Assembly (NCBI GenBank): GCA_020632535.1
Contig: JACKFJ010000001.1
Coordinates: 282,890-346,889, forward strand
Reading direction: 5' to 3'
Source of the DNA: Candidatus Omnitrophota bacterium
GTDB taxonomy: Bacteria; Omnitrophota; Gorgyraeia; Zapsychrales; JANLHA01
Length of the DNA: 64,000 bases
Of this stretch, positions 48,061-55,950 are shown piece after piece (the stretch's first letter is position 1; every line of letters starts with the position of its first letter). The notes under the pieces were generated by a model that was not told the DNA's origin, made no database searches, and saw only the letters and a list, made by a program, of their open reading frames with translations. The translations under genes were made by a program, and so were the position numbers.

Positions 48061-49193
48061 TTAATGATAAACGTTTGATTAAATTAACACAAAAGGTTCT
48101 CAGCTATAATTCTGAAAATCCGCCGGGGAATGAATTGGCTTTAGCAGATTTTATTGAAAAAGACATGCGTTCATTGGGGATTGACGTTAAAATTCATACT
48201 TTTGCAAAAAACCGGCCCAATATTATTGCGACGCTTAAAGGAAAAGGTCCTCATGCCGCTAAAGATTCCGTTCTTTTAACGCCGCATTTTGATACAGTCC
48301 CCATTGGCAGCGGTTGGAAATTTGACCCGCTGGGTGGACAGATTAAAGGTGGCAAAATTTATGGTCGCGGGGCGAGTGATGATAAGGGGAATTTAGCCTG
48401 TTGTATGGAAGTGATGAGGAGTTTGGTTGAAGACAAAGTGATTTTAAAACGTGATATCATTATGGCCGCGACTGTCGACGAGGAAACAGGCAGCAAGGCG
48501 GGCATTATTCCTTTGCTTGATAAGAAGATTTTGAAACCGGGTTATGGTTTGATTGTCGATTCGGACGAGTTTTATACAATCATTTGTCAAAAAGGTTTGT
48601 TGCACACGCGCGTTCAGATTTTTGGAAAAAAAGCGCATGGCGCGTACAATTGGCGCGGTGTCAATGCGATTGAACAGGCGAGTAAAGTAATACAGCTTTT
48701 GAAAGCTCATCAATTTAAATATAAGAAGCATGCCATTTTGCATCCACCAACGATGAATATTGGGACGATTCGTGGAGGCGATAAGGTCAATATGGTTGCC
48801 GATTTTTGTGAATTTTCGTTGGATACTCGCTTTTTACCGGGTATGAAATCAAGTGATGTTGTAGCAGAAATTAAATCGATTGTTCGAAAAGTCACGCCAA
48901 AATTTAAAATTATTATTGATGATTTACAGCAGCCGTATGAAATTGCGCCAAATCATCCTTTTGTCCGCACATACGTCGATACCGCTAAGAAAATGAAAAT
49001 TCACGCTGAAGTCAAGGGTAGTGAAGGCGCGACGGTTATTACGTTTTTCAAGAAGCATGGGATTCCTGCTTTCGCGACGGGGTATGGTGCTCGAGGGACG
49101 GCGCATACGACAGATGAATACGCTAAAGTGAATACCTTGATAAAAGGCGCTAAGTTAATGGAAAGATTTATTAAAGATTTTGATCGGACATAA
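48057..49193 (+). CDS. M20-family metallopeptidase (ArgE/DapE-like deacylase)
   Basis: LLTPHFDTVP, GRGASDDKG and ATVDEETGS metal-ligand motifs of M20A enzymes. Confidence 0.85.
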   Translation: MINDKRLIKLTQKVLSYNSENPPGNELALADFIEKDMRSLGIDVKIHTFAKNRPNIIATLKGKGPHAAKDSVLLTPHFDTVPIGSGWKFDPLGGQIKGGKIYGRGASDDKGNLACCMEVMRSLVEDKVILKRDIIMAATVDEETGSKAGIIPLLDKKILKPGYGLIVDSDEFYTIICQKGLLHTRVQIFGKKAHGAYNWRGVNAIEQASKVIQLLKAHQFKYKKHAILHPPTMNIGTIRGGDKVNMVADFCEFSLDTRFLPGMKSSDVVAEIKSIVRKVTPKFKIIIDDLQQPYEIAPNHPFVRTYVDTAKKMKIHAEVKGSEGATVITFFKKHGIPAFATGYGARGTAHTTDEYAKVNTLIKGAKLMERFIKDFDRT

Positions 49194-49194
49194 T

Positions 49195-49938
49195 ATGAAA
49201 ACGATTGTGTTTGGTTTTCTTGGGGTATTTGTATTGGCTACATCTGTACAAGCCGCGAATGATTTGTCGGATTTTATCGGTGAAAAAATCACATATTCGA
49301 TTAAGCAAATGGGTGTGAAAGCTGGTGAAGCAACGTTAAGTTATGAAGGTCCAGCTTTTAAGGAAACGAAAGATTACCTTCTTATTGTTTTCAAAGCTGA
49401 TGGATTTAATTTTATGGATACAGAAATGATTTACGCTGATCCGCAGACACTTTTACCACAAATTGTCGTCCGTGATCTTAATATTTTTGGCAAGAAAGAA
49501 CAGATCACCGAATATTACGATACGCAAAAAGGAACCGTGAGAATTGTTAAAACAGTTTCCGGTACAACGACAGAGGAGACGATTAATAAAAAAGGCATGA
49601 TTGACAATATTTATTGCTTTATTTATCGTTATCGTCGTGACGGCGAGTTTAAGGTTGGGGAGACAATCGCCATTTTTTTGCCGACAATGGATTTGAATAT
49701 TAAGGTGGAAAATAAGCGCAATTTATCGACAGCTGGGAAGAAGTATGACGCCATTTTTATGCAAAGTACGCCGTCGAAATACAAGTTGTGGTTTGACGCC
49801 AACGCTGGGAAAATTCCTTTGCGTATTGATGGCGCTGTCGGTGTTGGGAGTACGTCGATGACAATGACAAGCTATGAATCCAAACGCGCGTACGCTTTAA
49901 ATCACACAGGACTTGAATTCAATGTCAGTGCCCGATAA
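49195..49938 (+). CDS. secreted DUF3108-like protein
   Basis: Signal peptide [20 protein letters not shown] and a beta-rich sequence resembling my recollection of DUF3108. The start lies 2 nt after the M20 stop, and the 3' end overlaps the trpB start. Confidence 0.6.
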   Translation: MKTIVFGFLGVFVLATSVQAANDLSDFIGEKITYSIKQMGVKAGEATLSYEGPAFKETKDYLLIVFKADGFNFMDTEMIYADPQTLLPQIVVRDLNIFGKKEQITEYYDTQKGTVRIVKTVSGTTTEETINKKGMIDNIYCFIYRYRRDGEFKVGETIAIFLPTMDLNIKVENKRNLSTAGKKYDAIFMQSTPSKYKLWFDANAGKIPLRIDGAVGVGSTSMTMTSYESKRAYALNHTGLEFNVSAR

Positions 49939-51100
49939 ATCAGGTCATTTTGGTGAGTTTGGTGGCAAGTATGTTCCCGAGACTTTGATGTCGGTTTTAG
50001 AGGAATTGGAAACAACTTTCACGAAAGCTCGCAAAGACAAAAAGTTTAAGGATGAATTTGCGTATTATTTGAAAGAGTATGCCGGTCGTCCAACAAATTT
50101 GTATCTCGCTAAGCGTCTTACCAGTCAATTCAAAAATCTCAAAATTTATTTAAAGCGCGAAGATTTGCTTCATACTGGCGCGCACAAAATTAATAATACG
50201 TTGGGTCAAATTATTTTAGCCAAGCGAATGGGTAAAAAGCGGATCATTGCCGAGACTGGTGCTGGTCAGCATGGCGTTGCGACCGCGACTGCGGCGGCGC
50301 TTTTTGGATTGCAGTGTGAGATTTACATGGGCGCGGAAGATATCAATCGTCAGTCGCTCAATGTTTTTCGTATGAAGCTTATGGGCGCTAAAGTTATTCC
50401 GGTTACAAGTGGCTCAAAAACACTTAAAGATGCGATGAATGAAGCTATCCGCGATTGGGTCACGAATGTTCGTAATACGTTTTATATCATCGGATCTGTT
50501 GCCGGTCCACATCCGTATCCTTTGATGGTTCGTGAATTTCAATCAGTGATTGGTCGCGAAGCTCGTCGACAATTTCGGGCTAAAGAAAAGCGGCTGCCAA
50601 GCTATCTGGTCGCGTGTGTTGGCGGGGGTAGTAATGCCATGGGTTTATTTCATGCTTTTTTTAATGACACACAAGTTAAAATTATTGGTGTTGAAGCCGC
50701 TGGTCACGGATTACAAAGTGGGGAACATTCTGCCGCGATATGTGCCGGACAAACCGGAGTTTTGCATGGTAGTAAAAGTCAATTATTACAGACATCCGAA
50801 GGTCAGGTCAAAATTGCACATTCGATTGCCGCTGGTTTGGATTATCCCGGTGTTGGGCCGGAACATTCGTACTATAAGAAAATTGGTCGCGCGGATTATG
50901 TTGGTGTCACGGATAAAGAAGCTATCATCGGATTGAAATTGCTATCTCAGACGGAAGGGATTATTCCCGCGCTTGAAACGAGTCATGCGATTGGATATTT
51001 GTCACGTCTTGATAGTAAAGCCAAGAAGAATTCGACAGTTATCGTCTGCCTTTCGGGACGAGGGGACAAAGATGTGAACACGATGAAGGAATTGATATAG
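49922..51100 (+). CDS. trpB: tryptophan synthase beta chain
   Basis: [24 protein letters not shown] (PLP lysine) and GGGSNAMG motifs. The start is ATG 49922 or TTG 49913; both overlap the upstream gene. Confidence 0.95.
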   Translation: MSVPDKSGHFGEFGGKYVPETLMSVLEELETTFTKARKDKKFKDEFAYYLKEYAGRPTNLYLAKRLTSQFKNLKIYLKREDLLHTGAHKINNTLGQIILAKRMGKKRIIAETGAGQHGVATATAAALFGLQCEIYMGAEDINRQSLNVFRMKLMGAKVIPVTSGSKTLKDAMNEAIRDWVTNVRNTFYIIGSVAGPHPYPLMVREFQSVIGREARRQFRAKEKRLPSYLVACVGGGSNAMGLFHAFFNDTQVKIIGVEAAGHGLQSGEHSAAICAGQTGVLHGSKSQLLQTSEGQVKIAHSIAAGLDYPGVGPEHSYYKKIGRADYVGVTDKEAIIGLKLLSQTEGIIPALETSHAIGYLSRLDSKAKKNSTVIVCLSGRGDKDVNTMKELI

Positions 51101-51108
51101 AAACTTTT

Positions 51109-51188
51109 TGTCCATTGCGAGAAGTCCTGCAGGGACGACGTGGCAATCTTAAATAGATTGCTTTGTCACTGCGTTGCTCGCAATGGCA
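51109..51188 (+). repeat. intergenic nested-hairpin repeat, copy d (most complete)
   Basis: TGTCCATTGCGAG (51109-21); hairpin GTCC-TGCAG-GGAC (51124-36); GACGTGGCAATCT (51137-49)-TAAAT-AGATTGCTTTGTC (51155-67); CTCGCAATGGCA (51177-88). Confidence 0.8.
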
Positions 51189-51199
51189 GGTATAGGATA

Positions 51200-52000
51200 A
51201 TGCAAAATAGAATTGACAAAAAATTCGCGGAATTAAAGAAGAAAGGCCAAAAAGCTTTTATTGCTTTTGTCACGGCCGGTGATCCTGATCTCGAAACGAC
51301 GGTTGATTTGGTTCGTGGTTTTGAGAAAGCGGGTGTTGATATCGTCGAGTTAGGTGTGCCTTTTTCGGATCCCTTAGCGGACGGGCCGATTATTCAAGCC
51401 GCTTCCCAGCGTGCATTATCAAATGGAACAACAATCCCTAAGATTTTTGCGGCTGTACGCGCAATCCGTCAGTTTTCAGAAATTCCTCTTGCCTTAATGA
51501 CGTATTACAATCCTGTTTTTCATTATGGTGAATCTAATTTTGTTAAAGATGCAAAAGCTGCCGGCGTTGATGGCATCATTGTTCCGGATTTGCCTCCGGA
51601 AGAAGCCAAAACTTTGATCGCAATGAGCCGCAAGTCTGATTTTGCGACCGTGTTTTTTTTGTCGCCAACAACGACAGATCGCCGAATTAAAAAGATCGTC
51701 AATGCTTCCACAGGTTTTATTTATTATGTTTCTCTAACGGGAGTAACGGGAACTCAGCAAGGTTTGCCCAAGGATATTATTGAGCGTATTAAGAAAGTCA
51801 AACGTGCCACAAACATGCCGATTTGTGTTGGCTTTGGTGTTTCCACCGCTCAAGACGTTCAATTGATTAGCCGTGTCGCGGACGGTGTTATTGTGGGGAG
51901 CGCAATTATCAATGAAATCCAAAAGCATAAGGATTCGGCGGCTTTAACTCCGTTGATTGTAAAATTTGTTCAACAGTTGTCCTCAAATCTGAAGGAATAG
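51200..52000 (+). CDS. trpA: tryptophan synthase alpha chain
   Basis: FVTAGDPD, ELGVPFSDPLADGP and YVSLTGVTG motifs. Start at ATG 51200 behind AGGA; the track start at 51140 reads through the repeat. Confidence 0.95.
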   Translation: MQNRIDKKFAELKKKGQKAFIAFVTAGDPDLETTVDLVRGFEKAGVDIVELGVPFSDPLADGPIIQAASQRALSNGTTIPKIFAAVRAIRQFSEIPLALMTYYNPVFHYGESNFVKDAKAAGVDGIIVPDLPPEEAKTLIAMSRKSDFATVFFLSPTTTDRRIKKIVNASTGFIYYVSLTGVTGTQQGLPKDIIERIKKVKRATNMPICVGFGVSTAQDVQLISRVADGVIVGSAIINEIQKHKDSAALTPLIVKFVQQLSSNLKE

Positions 52001-52001
52001 C

Positions 52002-53270
52002 ATGTATCAAAAAACAATATTGGATCATGGTTTAAGAGTTGTCACTCATGATATGAGTGAACGGGAAAGTGTGGCTTTGGGATTTTGGGTTGGTGTCGGC
52101 GGTCGTTATGAAGTGGATCGTATCAAAGGCGCGGCGCATTTTCTTGAACATATGGCTTTTAAGGGGAGCGCCAAATATTCTTGCGAAAAAGTTAAGATGC
52201 TTATTGAAGGTGTCGGTGGGTCGGTTAACGCGTTTACATCAGAGGAACAGACTTGTTTTTATGCGAAGTTTCCGGCACGGCATGTTGAAAAAATTTTTGA
52301 TGTTTTAAGTGATATCGTTTTTCACCCATCGATTCATAGTAAAGATGTTCGTAAGGAAAGTACTGTCATTGTTGAGGAAATCAAAATGTATCATGATTTG
52401 CCGCAATATTATGTTCATGAACTTCTTGATGAATTGATGTGGCCAAATCATCCATTGGGTAAAGGGTTGGCCGGTACGCCGCAGACCGTTTCGGCAATGA
52501 CAAGTCAAGACCTTAAAGTATTTCATAAAGAGCATTATCATTCTGGAAATATTGTTATTGCGGCCGCGGGGAAGGTGAGTCATAGTCAAATTCGTGGTCT
52601 TGTGGATAAAAAATTTCACAAAATACCGGGTGGATTGCGTTCAGAATTTCTTAAGGCTGATAATTCTCAGAAAAAGCCAAAGATCAAGATTTTTAGAAAG
52701 ACAACCGAGCAGATGCATTTGGCGATCGGTGTTCTTGGGTTAGAAAGTGAGCATAAAGACAAATACGCCCTTAATTTGTTAAATATTATTCTCGGCGGGA
52801 ACATGTCGAGTCGACTTTTTGATGAGGTACGTGAAAAACGTGGATTGGCGTATTCAATCGGCTCTTCGGTTAAGTATTTAAAGGACACTGGTATGCTTAT
52901 GGTTCGTGCTGGCGTGGATAATACCAAGTTGGTCAATGCCGTAGATGTTGTGATCAAGGAGCTGGCTAAAATCAAGCGTAATGGCGTGAAGATTGATGAA
53001 TTGCAAAGAGCCAAGGATTTTTACCTTGGGCAAGTGCTTTTGGCATTGGAGGACACGATGGATCACATGCTGTGGATTGGTGAATCAACCCTGACACGTG
53101 ACAAAATGCGCAGCATGGCAGAAATTATCAAGCTTGTTAAAGGGGTCATGATTGAAGATATTAAGCGTGTCGCGCAAATGGTTTTAAATGAACACCGGTA
53201 CAACTTTGCCGTCGTGGGGCCTGTTGATGCCCAACAGGAAAAGCAGTTGAATCGGCTTCTGGGGATATAA
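52002..53270 (+). CDS. M16-family zinc peptidase (insulinase/pitrilysin-like)
   Basis: HxxEH motif (HFLEHMAFKG) and a downstream conserved E region. 422 aa. Confidence 0.85.
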   Translation: MYQKTILDHGLRVVTHDMSERESVALGFWVGVGGRYEVDRIKGAAHFLEHMAFKGSAKYSCEKVKMLIEGVGGSVNAFTSEEQTCFYAKFPARHVEKIFDVLSDIVFHPSIHSKDVRKESTVIVEEIKMYHDLPQYYVHELLDELMWPNHPLGKGLAGTPQTVSAMTSQDLKVFHKEHYHSGNIVIAAAGKVSHSQIRGLVDKKFHKIPGGLRSEFLKADNSQKKPKIKIFRKTTEQMHLAIGVLGLESEHKDKYALNLLNIILGGNMSSRLFDEVREKRGLAYSIGSSVKYLKDTGMLMVRAGVDNTKLVNAVDVVIKELAKIKRNGVKIDELQRAKDFYLGQVLLALEDTMDHMLWIGESTLTRDKMRSMAEIIKLVKGVMIEDIKRVAQMVLNEHRYNFAVVGPVDAQQEKQLNRLLGI

Positions 53271-53296
53271 AACAATACACATGTTCGATTTTTGAT

Positions 53297-53325
53297 TTGA
53301 CAAGGGTATTATTATTCGGTAGACT
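53297..53325 (+). promoter_or_regulatory. sigma-70-type promoter
   Basis: TTGACA (53297-302), 17-nt spacer, TAGACT (53320-25). Confidence 0.65.
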
Positions 53326-53370
53326 TTACCTACTCTTGAGGTTAAGTAAACAAATTAATGGAGGAACTAA

Positions 53371-53544
53371 ATGGAAAAGTTATCTTTTTACGATGTGAAG
53401 ACCAAATCAAAATTTGATGCTGATGATTACAAAGTTGTCGAAAAGTCAGGTAGATTTTTTGCTGTTACTAAATCCCCGAAAGGCACACATGAGTGCTGGA
53501 GAGTTTTAGGTAAGGATCAGGCTGCTAAATTAAAGAAAAAGTAG
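53371..53544 (+). CDS. small basic protein, 57 aa (not in the supplied ORF track)
   Basis: My translation: MEKLSFYDVKTKSKFDADDYKVVEKSGRFFAVTKSPKGTHECWRVLGKDQAAKLKKK. SD GGAGG lies 7 nt upstream and a consensus promoter lies 46 nt upstream. Confidence 0.6.
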   Translation: MEKLSFYDVKTKSKFDADDYKVVEKSGRFFAVTKSPKGTHECWRVLGKDQAAKLKKK

Positions 53545-53631
53545 GCTCGTTTGAGCACAATTTCGCCAGCGAACGCTGTTGCGGAATCATTTAACTTTGA
53601 CCCAATTAGGGTTAGGACTAGGCTTTAGATT

Positions 53632-54009
53632 TTGGAAGCAAAGCGTACACTCAAAAAAGCGCCTCAAACATCCCTGCAGATAGCTAAAATAGCCGCTAAG
53701 TTTGCGTCGGAAATAAAGGCAGAAGAGATCACTGTTTTGGACATGCGCCAAGTCGTGAATTTCTGTGATTTCTTTGTAATCGCGAGTGGCACATCAACAC
53801 GTCACGCTCAATCGATTGCCGAAGGTGTCGTAGACGGGTTTGCAAGTTTGGGGTTGAAAGTTAGACGTAAAGAAGGTCATCGCGAAGGTGTGTGGGTTCT
53901 CGTGGACGTTGGGGATGTTGTGATCCATGTGTTTGAAAAAGAAACTCGCGAATTTTACGGTCTTGATCATCTTTGGCAGGACGCCAAGCCGGTGAAGTGG
54001 AAGCGCTAA
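53632..54009 (+). CDS. rsfS: ribosomal silencing factor RsfS (Iojap family), TTG start
   Basis: The DFFVIASGTSTRHAQSIAE and WVLVDVGDVVIHVF...REFYGLDHLW pattern is typical of RsfS. Confidence 0.85.
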   Translation: MEAKRTLKKAPQTSLQIAKIAAKFASEIKAEEITVLDMRQVVNFCDFFVIASGTSTRHAQSIAEGVVDGFASLGLKVRRKEGHREGVWVLVDVGDVVIHVFEKETREFYGLDHLWQDAKPVKWKR

Positions 54010-54120
54010 AGCTTTAGACCAGGGTTTAGTGCATTGCTTAATAAAGTCCTAACTGTTCAAAGTGCACCAGTATACTGTGCAAAGCATACTTTCAAAAACA
54101 CAGTACTTTAGATTAAAATT

Positions 54121-54172
54121 TGGGCTCTCATCCTTGCACGCGTATCGCATATAAGGGGAGAGCCCATTTTCT
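54121..54172 (+). terminator. terminator-like hairpin 26 nt before argS
   Basis: TGGGCTCTC (54121-29) / GAGAGCCCA (54158-66), with inner CC/GG pairs, followed by TTTTCTC. Confidence 0.5.
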
Positions 54173-54197
54173 CGAATAGGTTGTTTATCATTCCGTT

Positions 54198-55871
54198 ATG
54201 CTGATTAGATTACGTCAAAAAATTATTGAAACAACACAAAAGTCGTTAAAATCTTTTTTCGACGGCCAAACCATGCCTTTGGTGGAGGTGGAAGTCCCCG
54301 CGGATAAAACACACGGAGATTTTTCCACTAATATTGCCCTTAAATCTACCAAACTTTTAAAACGTCCACCTTTAGAAGTTGCAGCAACTTTTTGTGACGC
54401 GATTCGCGCCGGTTTTCAGAAGGCTGGAATGAATGATAAAATTGCTAAAATTGAAGTTTTAAAGCCCGGCTTTATTAATTTCTATCTTTCGCCAGTTTCG
54501 CTTTGTGACATTTTAGAGCAAACATTGCGGGATAAGGAAAATTATGGCAAAAGTGATTTTGGAAAAAGTCGTAAAATTAATATTGAATTTGTGAGCGCGA
54601 ACCCAACGGGGCCTTTAAGTGTGGCGCATGCCCGTCAGGCCGCGGTCGGGGATGCTTTAGCCAATATTTTTAATTTTATCGGTTTTTCCGCGACCAAAGA
54701 ATATTACGTGAATGATGAGGGGAATCAGATAAATATTTTAGGAAATTCTGTTTATTTGCGAGCTTTAGAGCGTCTGGGGCAAAAAGAGGAATTTCCCGAA
54801 GATTGTTATCAGGGGCAGTATATTTATGAAATGGCGGATGTTTATTTGGCAGGAAAGAAAATAAAGACAGTTCAGCAATTACAGGCTTTATCACAAGAAG
54901 ACATTCGACAATTTGCTGTTGGATACTTGATGACGGTGATTAAAGATGAGTTAAAAGATTTTGGTGTAACGTTTGACGTCTGGTCACATCAGAGCAAAAT
55001 TGCCGGAGAAGATCAGATTAAAAAGACATTATCTGAACTTCAATCAAAGCGACATATTTATGAGAAAGAAGGCGCGCTTTGGTTTAATACAACGCAGTAC
55101 GGTGATGATAAGGATCGCGTCGTTCGTAAAAGTGATGGCAGTTATACATATTTTATGCCGGACATTGTTTATCATCAGGATAAATTCCGACGAGGATTTG
55201 AAAAAGTCTTTAATTTGTGGGGACCAGATCATCACGGGTATATTCAACGTTTATCGGCAGCAATACAGTCATTAGGTCAGCCTAAGGAAGCTTTGCATGT
55301 TTTGATTGTGCAATTAGCGACCTTGTATCGGGATGGTCAGGAAATTCAAATGTCGACTCGCCGAGGTCAGTATATTACATTGCGCGAGGTCATTGAAGAG
55401 GTCGGTGTGGATGCGGCGCGCTTCTTCTTTTTGATGCGTTTGGTCGAAGCTCACTTGGACTTTGACCTTGCGCTTGCGAAAAAGGAAACACCGGAGAACC
55501 CAGTGTATTACATTCAATACGCGCATGCTCGCACCTATTCTGTTGAAGCAAAAGCCAAGGAAGTGAATTTATCTGCTAAAGCCACCGGATTTAAAAATTT
55601 ACAGGAAGCGGAAGAAGTCGACTTGATTAAGAAAATCGGTCATTTTCCGATGATTCTTTTGTTTTGCTGGCGTCAAGCTGATGTTTTTGCTCTTGTCAAT
55701 TATTTACAGGAATTGGCAGCGGTGTTCCATCGTTTTTATGATCGTCAACGTGTTGTCGATGTTGAGAAACCTGAGTTATCCGCGGAGCGTTTGGCTTTGA
55801 TCAACGCGAGTCGTATTGTTATTGCTAATGGTTTACGGCTTTTGGGTGTAAGTTCGCCTCAAAAGATGTAG
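54198..55871 (+). CDS. argS: arginyl-tRNA synthetase
   Basis: SANPTGPLSVAHAR (HIGH region), a MSTRRG-type KMSKS variant, and a C-terminal DALR anticodon-binding region. Confidence 0.95.
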   Translation: MLIRLRQKIIETTQKSLKSFFDGQTMPLVEVEVPADKTHGDFSTNIALKSTKLLKRPPLEVAATFCDAIRAGFQKAGMNDKIAKIEVLKPGFINFYLSPVSLCDILEQTLRDKENYGKSDFGKSRKINIEFVSANPTGPLSVAHARQAAVGDALANIFNFIGFSATKEYYVNDEGNQINILGNSVYLRALERLGQKEEFPEDCYQGQYIYEMADVYLAGKKIKTVQQLQALSQEDIRQFAVGYLMTVIKDELKDFGVTFDVWSHQSKIAGEDQIKKTLSELQSKRHIYEKEGALWFNTTQYGDDKDRVVRKSDGSYTYFMPDIVYHQDKFRRGFEKVFNLWGPDHHGYIQRLSAAIQSLGQPKEALHVLIVQLATLYRDGQEIQMSTRRGQYITLREVIEEVGVDAARFFFLMRLVEAHLDFDLALAKKETPENPVYYIQYAHARTYSVEAKAKEVNLSAKATGFKNLQEAEEVDLIKKIGHFPMILLFCWRQADVFALVNYLQELAAVFHRFYDRQRVVDVEKPELSAERLALINASRIVIANGLRLLGVSSPQKM

Positions 55872-55950
55872 TAAATGTGGCCTCGAATATTGAAACTCGA
55901 TTACGAGAAGTCTTGTAGCGATGACAAAGCAATTTTAACTAAATTCATTT

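Noticed and set aside
53600-54035. Short similar strings flank rsfS: TAGGGTTAGGACTAGGCTTTAGAT upstream and GCTTTAGACCAGGGTTTAG downstream.
   Set aside because: Only 7-8 nt blocks are shared, in a different order. This is too short to distinguish from chance without statistics.
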